This document shows, piece by piece, positions 26,122 through 39,919 of a DNA stretch of 64,000 nt. The first letter of the stretch is position 1; every line of letters starts with the position of its first letter. The position numbers and the translations under genes are program-made. The notes under the pieces were generated by a model. The model was not told the DNA's origin. It saw only the letters and a program-made list of their open reading frames with translations, and did no database searches. This stretch comes from Camelus ferus (taxonomy: Eukaryota), in assembly GCF_009834535.1 (NCBI RefSeq), contig NC_045696.1:101992001-102056000 (forward strand). The letters are read 5' to 3'.

Positions 26122-27179
26122 CAGACTGGATTTTTTAAAAGCAGTGAAATCTTCTAATAACAATTTGACAAAGGGAATGAGGAAGAGCCCAGCTATGGTT
26201 TGACAAAGAATGGCTTTCAAGGATCAAGAGTCTTAGTAGAAAAAGATCTGTTAATAATAACCTAGGAAATGTGAATGTTCCAAGTTAAAAAGGAGCAATA
26301 TTGACTTATCATATTAGACTCTCAATAAATACATTTTGTGTAGTAAAGAAAAAACTCATCTGACTTTATGGCCCCATCCCCACCTTTCTTGTATTTTTAG
26401 TTCTACAACAGAGTTAAAACCTTAAACATTCCACTAGGTGGAGATCCTGAGCCATATTTCCATGCTTTATGACAAAAAAAAAATGAAGAAATGTGAAAAA
26501 TATTTAATTTTGCTTTTTACTTCATTTTTCGTGGCTTTTTTTTCTTTTGGAAGATTGCAGAGTAGAATTATTTATCAGTTGGTATATTAAAGAAAATCTG
26601 GCATGTACAAACAAGCACTCCAAAGATTTTTAGTAACACCTATCACAGGCGGCTGAATTGATACCAGAAACTAGGAGTGTAAAATCCATGATGGTATTTT
26701 ATTATAAAAGAGAAGTGCAAGGGTTTGTGCTTTGTTTCAGAACCACAGTGACCAAATTATGCATCAGTTATTTGAACTTATCTGTTTATAAAGACATTTA
26801 CTTTAAATCAGATTATGGGATTTTTTTTTAATTCAAAATTTCTTTGTATAGAGTTTAGTAAAATAAATGTATGATGAAAAAGAAAAAAAACTAGAACAAT
26901 GTAATTTTCCAAGGCTTGTGAACTAAATGGTTCTTGCTTTAGTGACTGACACATATCTGAGTGTCATTGCAGATTGTCTCTCATGTACATTATCTGCATT
27001 CTGAAGGCAGGGTTGGGGGACTTCCTTGGCTCACAAGGAGAGAGTATGAATTTCTAGTTCTGCCCACTGTATAAGAAAGCCAGTAGAAGCTGCCACCAAA
27101 AGCCTCAATGAGGGGCTAGCCAGGTGTTCTAGAGGCATCTGAGGACTCTCCAAAATGTCAAGAAACCATTGGAACTAGT

Positions 27180-27180
27180 C

Positions 27181-27220
<40 letters not shown>
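27180..27220 (+). repeat. (CT)n microsatellite
   Basis: Direct reading of the sequence. Confidence 0.95.
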
Positions 27221-27224
<4 letters not shown>

Positions 27225-28209
27225 AATTTTAACAAATGGAACCCAAAAGCATAGCTCCATAAATGGCAGAGGCTGGACCAGAACTCCCCATCCGGTGCCT
27301 GGCCATTCTACTGGCTACTTCTCATGTGAATTGATCTGAGTTCAACTGATCTGAGGTTTTTGTTTTGTTTTTTTGAAACATTTTCTTAGCAGTATTGATC
27401 TGAGTTCAAGAGGCAAACCCTAGTTTTCCTCTTAATGTTATAAAGCTTGTAAAAGCCACAAAGCCTTCTCAAAGAGGTGAAATGTAAAGAGCTTTAAATC
27501 AGGAATGTCAACCAACTCAGGATCCAATGCTAAGTGTGCCATTAAATTGTGTAACTTTGCTTTTTAAGCCTCAACATCCTCATCTGTAAAATGAGGATGA
27601 TGGAGAAGAAAGTCTCCTTGTTCTATTTTGTATTCATCCACAGGCATATTAATAGCTCAAGCAAGTTCAAGTCAACTTGAGAAAATAATCATAGGCAGTA
27701 TCCTTGCCTCCATGGTCCTCATAAAAACATAGTTCATGTGGGAAAGTTGCTTTCTGGATCATTACACTCTTAAAGCAACTCATTGCAACGTTTTATTTGG
27801 GAGTATTAAAGTTAAACTTCTATCAGGGGCTATTTTAATTATTTATCCAGGATTGCAGTAGAATTCCTTTTTAATGAAATTGGTAGACTATCAAAATAGT
27901 CCAAATACCATTAAAATTAAAGTCCACTCTACAAAGAAGAAGAGTATTTATGATATTAGATGTGATGGTAGTGGCTATTATTATTTTTAAAGTCATTTTC
28001 ATAAAGCAACACTCTGTGGTTATTTTGTTCCCAGTCTTTCTAGGAGGAGATAGAGGTCTTCTGATGCCTATGATATTATTGTTCTAAGGCTAAATCTCAG
28101 TGGGAGATTCCTCATCTGAAAGGAGACAGAAAAATGTTGATGAAAAGAATAAATGCTTAAGGAAGTAAAATACATAAGAGGAGGAAACTACAGACTGGTA
28201 TCTCTATGC

Positions 28210-28960
28210 TGTTTTAATTACATCTCTTTGGTTGTAAGTGACAGAAACCAACTCAGTGCAGGTTAAGCAAAAAGAGTGTGCTTATAATGAGGACAGAGGG
28301 CATCTCACTGAACTGATGTCAGAAAAGAACCTGGTCTCAATTAGGCCTGAAATAATGAGCTGGACAACCACTGAGGACCTCAGAAATACTTACTTTCTCT
28401 CTTTTCTATGTCCTTCTGCTCATTCCCCATCTTCTGTCTCTTAGTAGGCACAGAGGGAAGACAGCAGACACCTGGTACCCCTGTATTGACATTTTAAAGC
28501 TAAAAAGACTGATCCAAACTGACTGGTTATTTCTATCCCAATTCCAAATTACTGGGAAGGAGAGAGAGAACCTGAATGGATTAACTTGGGGCCAGATGCC
28601 CTCCTTAATTTGAACAGTTCTGTCCTGGGAGGGGATAGTGCACACAGGGCTTCTGGGGCCCCTCGTGGGGAGATGGAGATAGTTCTCACGGGGTCTGTTA
28701 TCCAGGGAATAGTAGAGAGTGTCAGGTGTGACAGAAGGCATTGTTACCTAATGGTTAAAAACAGGGATTTGGTACCAGATGCCTGCCTTCATATCCCTCT
28801 TTCTACCTGTGATTTGAACAAGTTATTTCACCCTCTCCACTTTAGTTTCTTCAGCTGTAAAATGAGGATGCCCATAGTGTTGAGATGAAAAAAAGCTAAT
28901 CTGTGTAAATTTGATAGACTATTGCCTACAACATAACCAATGAATATTAGTTGTTGACAT
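28210..28960. mobile_element. Old MLT1 (J/K-like) LTR followed by MIR
   Basis: TTTGGTTGTAAGTGACAGAAACCAACTCA...TTAAGCAAAAAG; then TTTAGTTTCTTCAGCTGTAAAATGAGGAT. Confidence 0.6.
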
Positions 28961-30231
28961 CATCATAATTATTAAAAGGAACAGATATTTTAAAAGCATA
29001 ACAAGAGTTTGAATTCATTTCTGAGGCTATAGGAACTTGTTAGTGACCTCTTATTTTGCAATCCTCCCTTCCTTGCCAGTAATCATGGACATTACATTTA
29101 AAAGCCTAGCTTTATACCAAGGCTTAGAGGACTCCTTCCTCCTCCCCGCTCCCCAGCCATGTCACCTCTTTCCCCAGTGACACACACCCAGTTTGCTAGT
29201 CTTTAGGACTAAGCTTAGTGTCAGTTGTACCTCCTGACCTTTCCCTCCCCTGGGTCTTCCACCCTGCATTAACTCTGTCTGACACTCCTCCATTGTGAAC
29301 TTTTGAAATTGTCTAACACATATATACCTCCCCCACCCCCAACTTGATTCATTTTCTCTTCTCTGACAACAGTTTTATTCCAAACATCTTCAAGTCTGCA
29401 TATCCCTGATACCTTCTTATCGTTTTTACAGATGTGAGGGCCATTACTCTATCAGGGGAATCTCTACAGTCATTAAGTCCTTGTAGGTTGTAGCTTACTC
29501 CACTCAGAGGAAACAAAAAACCCTACTTTGAGAATTGGTGCCAGATTTACACAGGATATTATAACATGCAATCAACCATAGGTAATTTCTATTTCTGAAT
29601 GAAACACTACATCAATAGGTATATTAGCTAGGTTGACTGGTAAAAGGACAATGACTTGGAAATACATCTGTCTTACATGAGTTTTTCATTTAAGGGAGCT
29701 AATTATATCCATAGCAGCAACCTTGGGTTAGTGTGGGCTATTGACCATGAGTTGGCAATGGCCTCATTATGTAGAACTGGATGTTATAAATGGTAGTCAT
29801 TAAGACAGGATTCTAACTTTATTTGAGGGCCAAAGATATAAATGCAAAGTTTCTCAAATTGGGCATTCTGGGAAAGTTCCAAGGTGATGGAAGAGGATGA
29901 AAGAGAGCAGCTTTGAAAAACTGTGTGGTAGTAGTAATAATAAAAATCACTAGTCCAGCCTCCCTCCCCACATACTTTCCCTGCTGTTTCCTTTGCCTAG
30001 TGACTGCATTGATTCGTCCTTTGATCATTTTCTCCTCCTCCCCATCTCATTATCTTCATATTTCCTGCCAACCCCTTCATGGTACCCTTTCTAATCCGGT
30101 GTAAGACAAAGGAAAGGACCTGCTCTTATACTGTCCTTCTTATCCTGAAAATCATGTTGTGAAGAGGGAAAAAAAATAGGGTGAGATATGAAACTATCAA
30201 GAGGTAGAATAGTTTAGCCATGAATCTAGAC

Positions 30232-30665
30232 ACTATGGTTCTTACCTCGGGAGGGTGGGAAACACATATTTGAAATTTGTTAGTTGTCTGAATGGTGTTA
30301 TAGCTTTTGGTTCCTTTGAGACCTGAATGTTCATAGACTTGGAATGCACGGCAAAGTCCTGCACAGTGAAAACTTGTTCCACTCCAAGTGCCAGTAGTTC
30401 CACTGTTGAGAAACTTTAGTGGAGTGAAATATATTGATTCTTCAGACCAGAGGTCTCAGTATAGCTACTGAGCCAATAACTGTGGTCGACAGATGTGTTT
30501 TGTCTGAGTTAAAGCATGTTTGAAAAAAATATAAATTTGAATGATGGGCAGGCACATACTCCATTTCCCCATGAGCCACCCCTTCCCTGGTTTTTCACCA
30601 CTTCATTCTTATTCATTTATACCACCCACTTGGAACTTGAAGGCATTTACGTTTGCCTGGTGATT
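30232..30665. mobile_element. hAT-Charlie-type MITE fragments (MER20/MER102-like)
   Basis: ...CCAAGTGCCAGTAGTTCCACTGTTGAGAAAC terminus, then a second degenerate element ending GGCATTTACGTTTGC. Confidence 0.45.
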
Positions 30666-33600
30666 TTTGGTTTAGATGTCTCAAATCTATATTATTCAAA
30701 ACAAAAGTGAACCCTGAGTTCTCCCTGTTACTGGTTTGGTTTCTCCAGCATCTGTGGACTGTTTGGCCCTGTGGACTGTGTCTGACATTGCTCCGGGGGA
30801 CAGTTTCTGGGATATCACAAGGAGCCTTTATTTTCTCATTTCTCCTGGGCCCTGATAGGGATCTATTTGTTCATCATACATTTTACTTAAGCCCCTGTGG
30901 AAAACATTTTTATTTTATTACATTTGTTTATATATGACTTAGATCTTTTAAAAAAGACTTTGAGGCAGCTTACCGTAACAGGATAATTAAAAATAGAAAC
31001 AGAACCATTTAAGAGATCAATTAAAAGGACTAGAACTACCAGGATTAATTTGTTCCTTCAGTCAGATATTTAATTTAACTCTGTGCCTCCTTGGATAAAC
31101 CAAAGAATAGATTATAGAATTCTCTTGCCCAGTTAACAGAAGTAGACACCTTTGTTTGGTGAGTCAGACCTCACCAAACAAAGCTAATAATGAAGCTAAT
31201 ATTGAAGTCTAAAAATATTTTATTACTTATACTGTGGCTATTTCTAATTATTTTCAGTCTGTCTCTATTTATTGCTACAAAAATGGATTATCCATTCAAC
31301 AAACCAACACTCTCCCCAGAATGCCCTGGTTTCTGATGTTCAAAAGTGTGGAGGACCAATGAATGCTTTTGAAAATAAGCACCTCTGAAAATCTCTGGAT
31401 ACTTTACATATATAGGGCAATGATTACAAAGCAAATGAATGTTTGTGTTAAAGTTTCTCAAGCAATTTGGGGCACAGATATTTTTTAAAAAGCACACTGA
31501 AAATATGGTACGAGAATGAGATAGTGTATGGAAATGGCAGCAATAACTCTCTTTTCATGCTAAAGCCCTTGTCTGGTGAGTCAATGGCTTTAATTGGTTT
31601 ATTCCAAGGATTTATAAGGCCTGGGTACTGCCACTGTTCTGTGAAGAAGAGCTTTCCCCACCTGAATCTTGAGGTGTAATTATGGGATTGTGGCCTTCAT
31701 GTTTTATGACCACAGGCACAGAAAGGCCTCTAGATATCTTCTCTTTATGAGAGTGTGAGATAGATGAAAAGTGATTTGTTTGATGTTGTTTGGGTGCAGA
31801 GAGGAGGAAGAGGACCTGATTAGTGAAAAATGGTGATTTACCGACCATGGTGTTTTAGAGACTGGATCTCTGGAGCCACCACTGCGTCACCTAGGATGTG
31901 CCATTGAGCAAGTTTTTTACTGGAACCTTAGTTTCCCTAAGGTTATATGGTGTCCATCATCTTTTCTTTTCTTTTCTTTTTTTTAAATTTCTTTTCTTCT
32001 GTGAGGCTCAAAGAGAAGTATAGAGCCAAATTTCTTTAACTTATTTCTTGATATCTGACACAATTCTCTTCCCTTTGTTACATTTTAAAAATTACAGACA
32101 CACACATACGCACACACACGTGCACACACACACGCACGTGCATATTTGCATATACATAATAATATATTTTGGCATAATATATATTATGACATTATATTCT
32201 AAGTGACTTCAAACTATTTTTGGAAGTCAGAGGAGTATATATGATAAATAAGTTAGATAAATAATAAATTAGGATTTTTCTAGTGCTTTTCAGCAATTCT
32301 GCCTTATTTCTATCTTCCACGTAACTGTTTAACAGGACACTTCTATGTGGCCACATAGGAGCCTCACAGTAAGTATTTCTTGAATGTCTTGAACCCTATT
32401 GCTTCTAACGGGGCTCCAACATATTTTCAAAACAGATCTTATAAATTTTAATATTAAATTACCATGGTTGCATACTGATTTAGGCACTCCCTCTTTCCCT
32501 GAGTCCTTGGATGTAATCTGTAAAATTCCTCCTTGCTCTGAAATGCCTGTGAACATGTTAAACACTTGAGAACACACTTGTGGTCATTTCGAGGATCACT
32601 ATTTTGGGGCAATCAGCAAATCTTATAGGTGTGCATACCAGTGTGGATCCAAATGTGTTCATCTTGAGAAGCCAAGACAGTGAGCCTTGGCAACCTACTG
32701 AGAGGGGAAGTGCCTTCAGTTCCATTCAAGGGTGGCTTAGGGGCAGCTGGAGAGAGCCCACCAGCCCTAGTGCTTTCCAGAAGGGCTGGAAGCTCCTAAA
32801 TCACCCATTGTGCAAATACCCATTCACTAGCAAGTTGTGATTATAAGATTATATGCCCATAGCAAGTTTTTGATGGTGCTATAAACCACTCAAGCTGAGC
32901 TCTTATAATTTGTTGAAACACCAGTTCCCCTCAAGGGAATTACAGGCTAATTACCATTTGTCCAGGTGCCATAAACCAAGTCAGGAGACTTTAAATTTCT
33001 CCATGGCAGAACTAAATGCTATGTTGTAATGGGGGGAGGATGCTTTTGTAAAAACTGAACAGCTTAACAGACAAGGAACCATGCCACCCAGATGAAGTTC
33101 TTTTGATACACATATTTTCTCATCTCTCCTCACCACCCACCTTTGTCTTAATCCCTGAAAATTCCTTTTTTTGGAGGAGCTTCTGTGATAATCAGCTTTC
33201 CTTTTGAACACCTAGAGAAGCTTTTGTTTTCAGCCCCGGCTTTGTCTCAGGACTTCTGGCTCAGTTTCCACCCCTCTGTTTTCCCCTTGTCACTTTCCTT
33301 TCCTGGAGGTGCCTGCCTCTGTCTGACTCGTCCTTTTCGGTGGCTCAGCCTTTTCAGTCGCTTGCTCACATGGGGAAAAGTCTATTCTGTTCAGGGACCC
33401 ACTGAGGCTTCCACGTCAATAAAGCAAATTGATGGCAGGCTTAACACATTTCCCAATTATTGTCTGCAGATGCTTTTCAGAACAAACAATCCCCCAAACC
33501 ATTCACACACAAGAAAACACTCCCCTGGCAAAATAATCTTGTTGGGAGCCTGAAAAGGAAAACCCTGATAAAGGAAGAATGGAAAATATTCATTGGCAGG

Positions 33601-36329
33601 AGCTTCCTGGCCATAGACCTTACTCCTGTTCAGAGGGATAAGAGCAGGAAAAAGTCCCAAAGCATCATAGCCTGATGCTGGGGTTACCATATTGGACCTA
33701 AATTTTACTGAGAGATAGAGACTGGGTGCAAGAACACTTTCCCCTATTTTATCACCTCAGTGGTTACGTCTTTCTATATTTTCTATTTTCTTTTTAGTCT
33801 CACTTTTCCACTATTGCGGAAGGTGGGCTAATCCTGACAGCTGGTTGTCTCTTTTCCATACCTTTGTCTCAAGAGTCTTCCCCATGTGATCTCTGAAAGG
33901 CCTATGCAAAACTGTGGAGGATGGTTGGGCTTTAAGCCCTTCTCATGGCTTCTAGGAAAGAAAGAGAACTCCTGAAACATCCAGACATGCCTGATTACAG
34001 GGGAAGATTCAGCACATACGTTGGTCTGTTTCCTGTCGGCAAGCAAACTCTGGTTTTTTATTTCATTTTTCTCTTTATCAAAAATCTTCCCTCTTTGATA
34101 ACATTTTTCCCTTCCTCTCTCCACTTAAAAAATTAGAAATAAATTTCAAGACATTTTCTTATCTATTATTATTACACGCCCTTCTGGGCATCGCTGGTAT
34201 GCAAGTGATCCTGACAAGGCTGGGGATCACCAAGGCTGGAGGCCTGAGAGGACTAAGTCCCCTCCAGCTACACGTCCATCTACGGTGAGGGCGTGTCTCA
34301 GTCACATCCATCTGCATGAGGGGCCACTGGGACTCAAAAAGCTCTAGGGGCTGCTGCAGTGAAGGACAGCATCATTCCTGGAAATCCTCTAAGGTTGCTG
34401 TCAGTGGTCGCCAGTTTGAAACTCAACTGTGATAACCCACGAGGGCCCTGAGGGGCACCAGGAAAGAACAAAGGCCAGTGTTACATCAGGCCCAGGGCAT
34501 GGCCTCCACTGGCTTCCTTTTCTTTCTTCTTTTGGAGGGAAAATTCCACCTTGTTTCCCCAACCATTCAAAGAAGGGACTGGATCTCCGTGTGGCTGCAA
34601 TTAACAGAAGTTGGAGAGGGAAAAAAGCAGAGCTTTCAATCAGTGTTTGGTATCTCCGTAAAATTCAGCTAGCCTGCCACCCCCCAACTTGCATGCATGC
34701 AGAGTGAGCAAAGTGATACATCTACACCTCTTTTTTCACATAGGCCAAAATCTAATTTCAAGGAGGCAGAAAAGCCTTTCAAATGCGGCAAAATACAAGG
34801 CAAAACTACAGCCTAGGGGCAGATGTGAGCTTTCTAAAAGCAGAGCAAAACTTCTTGGAGCCATTCTGCTCGAGGGAGTGAGGAAAGAGAAGGAATGAAC
34901 TTCAAAGAAATGTAAATAAAACATTCCTCTGGCTCTGATTTTAATCTTTTCATTGGTTGCTTTCTGTGAGGGGCTGCCGAAGTGAGTGGATTTGCCTACC
35001 CCTTCAACAAATCAAAGCTTTTCAGAACAGGATCATCGGTGGGGACTCCTTACCCCAGGAAACTATAATTGGAGGTAAATATTAATTCCAGAGGAAGGCC
35101 TTTGAGTGCAAGAAGTGCAGCAACAATGTGCCTCCAAGGAGACATTTCTTTTCTTTTCCATATCCGTTGGAAGCAGATTGTGGGAGCAAAGCTTATCTCC
35201 CATTTTTATCCACTTTAACAATGCTCTGCCTACTGCTAGTTAAACTGAGCTGCCTTAAGCTCAACACAAAAAGCTCTTTTCAGGGCATCTAACAGATAAC
35301 TTAAAAAAAAAAAAAAGAAAAGGAACCTTTTCACACCGCTCTCCTGGTGCCCTTTCATGAGATATGGCTGTGTGCAGACAGCCAGCCCTGAGATGGCTTT
35401 TGGGGACAAAGGCATCACCAAGCATTAGGTCTGCACTTACTCTTCTTTGAAATTGCCACCATGCTCTTACCTCTAACCTTCTGCCTTTCTCCCCACACCC
35501 ACCCCTATTCCTCCCAGGTAGGTAGGTCTATGCTGGCAGCTACGATGGCTTTCCTTTGCACGTTGTCCAGCAAAGCCCAGTGAAGGTCTCTTGTGTTAAA
35601 TCATGTCTCAGTTTCATCAGCTCGTGGTGTCTAAAACTCATAGTCTCATCCGGAGACCCACTAGACCACCTGTGGCAAAGATGATAAAAAGGAGAATTCA
35701 GAACAGGTTGGTGGCCAGATTCTGCTAGAATTCTGTGACTGGTTTGTTTCCACACAAGCATGCTAAAGATGGGCTGCTGTTCTCTCTGCTAATGAGACAG
35801 ATCCCTGGACTGCCATTTCCCTTCCATGATAAAGGCAGGAGTGGCGCCCACTCTGCTGTGCCGCTGAGGAGATTTCTGAGAACTCTGGAGTTTATTTTAA
35901 AATCTCTGAACATCACTTTGAAGTAAGGCTTCTTTGAAGTAACTCTGAAGCTGTTTCTGGAGAGTCTGATGAGCGTCTGTGAGGTGATTAAAAAGACTGT
36001 GGATGGAGGAATCGCTTCTCCTCCCAAACCTAGTTGTCCTTTCCTCTCAACAGAGGCCACGTTGGTGCGAAAAGATTTTTCAGTAGTCGAACTCACTGAG
36101 GATGACCCAGGCTCATGGTCCAGAATCCACTTGACTTGACTCAACTCAGTTTGAGGAGAAAGGAAAACATTACCTACTCTGTTTTAGTCTTCAGTGTGGC
36201 CTACTTCTTTCCTGTACCTTCAGCCACTTTGTTACACATCCTTTCAGCATCTGCCTGTTGATGTCATATCCGCCTCGTTACTCTGACTTTGATCAGCGTC
36301 ATACCATTTACTTGTGTGGAAGGGAACTT

Positions 36330-36655
36330 CGTGTCATCTCTGTCACAGGCCAGCTCCTTCGGAAGCCATCTATGAAGCAGAGGTTAGTGTGCAGAGATTA
36401 GGGAGCATTCTTATGATACAGGCCTGTGGAAGCAGGTAGCCTGGGGCAGGGGGAGAAGTTGAGTGACAACACAGTGCCAAGGCCTTTGTCCTCTTCATCT
36501 CATTGGATGCAGGCTGCCTCTGGAAGGAGGATGCTCCTGAACAAGATGGATCTCTTCAGCCAAGGCAATCCCTACAGGGAGGCTGACAGCAGCAGGGGAG
36601 TAAACCCTACGTTCCTGAAGGGAGATGAGGCCATGCATCATATCATCTACTACAG
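36330..36655 (-). mobile_element. ERVL LTR16-like fragment
   Basis: GGAAGCCATCTATGAAGCAGAGGTTAGTGTGCAG...CTCTTCAGCCAAGGCAATCCC...GGCTGACAGC. Confidence 0.55.
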
Positions 36656-39600
36656 TCCCCATGTTAGACCACTAGGTGGGCCTGCTGGGAACATTCTACC
36701 AGTGATTTTAAGGTGGTAGGTGCTTAGAAAGATGCCCTTCAAGTGTGTGCATCCTCTTGTCCACATAGCAGGAACCTGACTGAACAGTGGTAAGAACAGT
36801 AACCTCCAGTCACCCTGCAATGCCAAACTGGGGTCCCAGTTAGCCTGGCTTCAAAACCAGAACAGTCCATAATGACTTCTTATCTGATGTGCATCTTCTC
36901 CAGCAGCCCTGGTTCTGCAAGCTGGAGAGTAGAGACCTAACATTTAGACACAACAGGAAGCCTGAATTTCAACACAGATAAAAACATAAATATTTATCTA
37001 ATCACTTAATTAAAGGAAATCCACTGTCCCTGTACAGTTGCAATCTAAATGGCCCACTTCATTAAAATGCAAACGTTTTGTGAAATACTTTAAACTATTT
37101 CCTTAAAAGACTCTTTCCTCCATGGATTTATTTTTTTAAAGTGGAAACATATAAATATATCTTATATGATATAAATATACTTTTATAATTTAAATTAAAT
37201 TAAATTAAAAAATATTTTTATTATATATATTATATTTGAATACATTTTGCTTTTACCCTGTACCTACTTCCTGCTTTGCAATAGAACAGTTATGCATTAT
37301 TGGTACTTAACAAAGACATTACCAGGCAGCATTATGAAACGTTTTCTTCTATGTTGTCATTACAGGTAGCGGGTAGATTCATCTACACAGGTGGGGGAAG
37401 TGGAGAGCTGAATTATTCAATGACTTTGATTAATGTTTATGTCAGAGCAGGAACTAATGTATCAGTAATGGGGAAGTTCAATTAGTGCTTTAATTAATTA
37501 GACTCCTGTTTTTAGCTCTATTGTGAAGGATAATTATTTGTTAGCTTTACTTAGGACCTGGGTGAAGGCACTGATTACAGGTATTACAAAAAATATGCCA
37601 CCAAGGTTGGGGCCCTTTGAAGCAATGTGAAGCTTGTGAAAATAGAAAATGTCGGTGAAAATTCAAAAGCATTGTCATTTACTAAAGCCATTAAAGGCTC
37701 AACTGAAAGTTAGAACAAAGTTCAAGATGAATGATTATAACTGAAGATAGGATTGTAAGTAAGACCTCTTTGATGCATTAATTGTCTTCTGTTTGAATTT
37801 AGAGCCATTTTAAACTGCAATATCCAGGCAATACAGTATCATGCATTTAACCAAGAAGCTGACTTGAGAGTCTCTCTCTTTCTTTCTGCTGCTACAAATT
37901 TATATCCTTACAGTGATAAATCTACTAACAAATATTAAGACCATGGAGGCTTAATCTTACCGAAAAATGGAGTACCACCTGTAGGGGAGCCTGCATAATT
38001 TAGATTTCTCCCCCTACTCACTGCCAGGGTTCAATCATATCTGAGAGGCAGAGTAATTTAGATGCTTAAGCATCTGCAAGTAGATCTTCCTTTTGTTCCT
38101 TATTTTAGTCTGGCCAGTAGTTCTCAAACTTCAGTGATATGCTCAAGGATTACTGTACAGAAATATGTTCTTAAAATCAGGATAGTTGTACCTCATGGAC
38201 CAATTAAGGGATGTTCAAGGGTAATCTTAGCTATCTGAGAATTATAAGAATCAACTCAACTATTGAGCCACTTAGGCCTTGAAATCAAGGCCTAATGATC
38301 AAAAGTATTATCCAACTAGTCATTCTCCTCCACAAATATTAGGCTACTGATAAAGTATTGAACCTTATGAATGATTTGCTTTATACTTTTGAATGAAGTA
38401 GAGAGCATTTAACATTTGTCCCATAAAGTAGCATGCTTAATCTTCAGCATCAAAGAATGTTTTCCTAGTGGGAGAAAAGGAATTCCAGCCAAGTCTCCAG
38501 ATCTGGAATTCTTAGCCTAGCTCTTTGATGCTGTAGCATTTTGCTATGGGTTGTGACTTTCAAATTCCTATAGTGTTTTTGAAATTGAAATTATAGTTAA
38601 TTTTCTTCTTAACTTATCTATGGATACAGTTTTCTAAAAGGAAGAAAAAAAAAAGAGTAGAGAAAAAAAAAAGAGTAGAGGAAGAAAATGTCTCATTTGT
38701 GTATGATAAAGAATGACACCATATCTATCTGTTTTTACATCCCAGCAGTTTCAATGCCTCCAATAGGGCAAAGAGATTTATGCAATATTTATGAGTATCA
38801 ATTTAAGATAACAAGCAAATAAGTAAAACCATGTGTTCACAATATTTATAGTCATAAAATGCTTAAAAAATTTTAATAGTCTGTATTTGCATCCATGAAA
38901 TAAATGAAAGTCTAAAAGAAATCAAGATTTAAAAAAATTAAGTTCAGTTAGAAAATATATATGCCATATTTAACTATTTTCTGTGAAAAAAATGACACTT
39001 TTATTATTCACTTCCTCATATAATGCTGTTACTCACATCTTTATTATGTTTGAGTTTTTTTTGGACTGCAATTTTAGTTTTATTCCTGTCTTTAGTTAGT
39101 ACCATCTTTTTTTCTAAATACCTTTTTTACCCCTCTTTCAACTATTTTATATAGTTGAAATAAATCTTTCATATTTTACATTACCCCTTTAAGACTTCTA
39201 AAATCTCTTTTTTTTTTTTTTGAAGACTGTGTATGTAAGTGTGCATGTGTGTATGTTTGGGCAGGAGGATAGTGGTAAAAAGCAAGCAAGTAAGTAAATA
39301 AACAAAGACATCTTAAAAATATGTGTAGGCATACGTGGCCCTGCATCTCTTACATGGCTGTACTTGAATGAAAAAATGAATGCAATCAGCAAGAAAGCTG
39401 TTCTTAGATTTTATATGTATTAAATGTATATAATCAACATACATATTTATTAGGCTTATTGGATTGCTTCTCACTTGCAGGAACAAAATGAATGATAAGA
39501 TGTGACCCTCGCTTTCAGGCAGCTTGTGGTCGATGGAAAAAGACAGAATAGTATACAAGCTATCACTGTTCCATGAGACAAGTTCTGGAAATACTTGTGC

Positions 39601-39919
39601 TTAGGCCTGAAGGAAGAATAGGAATCTCCCGTGAGATAGGTCCTCTCTGTTATCAAGGCAGCAAAATCAAAAGCAGCAAGAGTAAAATAATCAAGTCTCA
39701 GAAAGCTTCATAGGAGGGATAATTCTTTCTGTTTATGATGGGAAAGAGAAGCACTGTGGTGCCAGATAAAGCGTGAACATTCGTGAAGCAAAAGGCAGTG
39801 AGCCGAGAGGATCATGAATCACATATTTTGTCAAAGCGAAAGGGGCAAAGAAGACCAGCATTTATTAAAAATCTCATGTGAGGTGAATGATGGACTCATT
39901 GACCCCTCAGAGCAAGCCT

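Noticed and set aside
35725..36144. 139-aa minus-strand ORF and a plus-strand exon-like piece (EATLVRKDFSVVELTEDD...)
   Set aside because: Non-ATG start, no recognisable homology, and no coherent multi-exon frame could be assembled.
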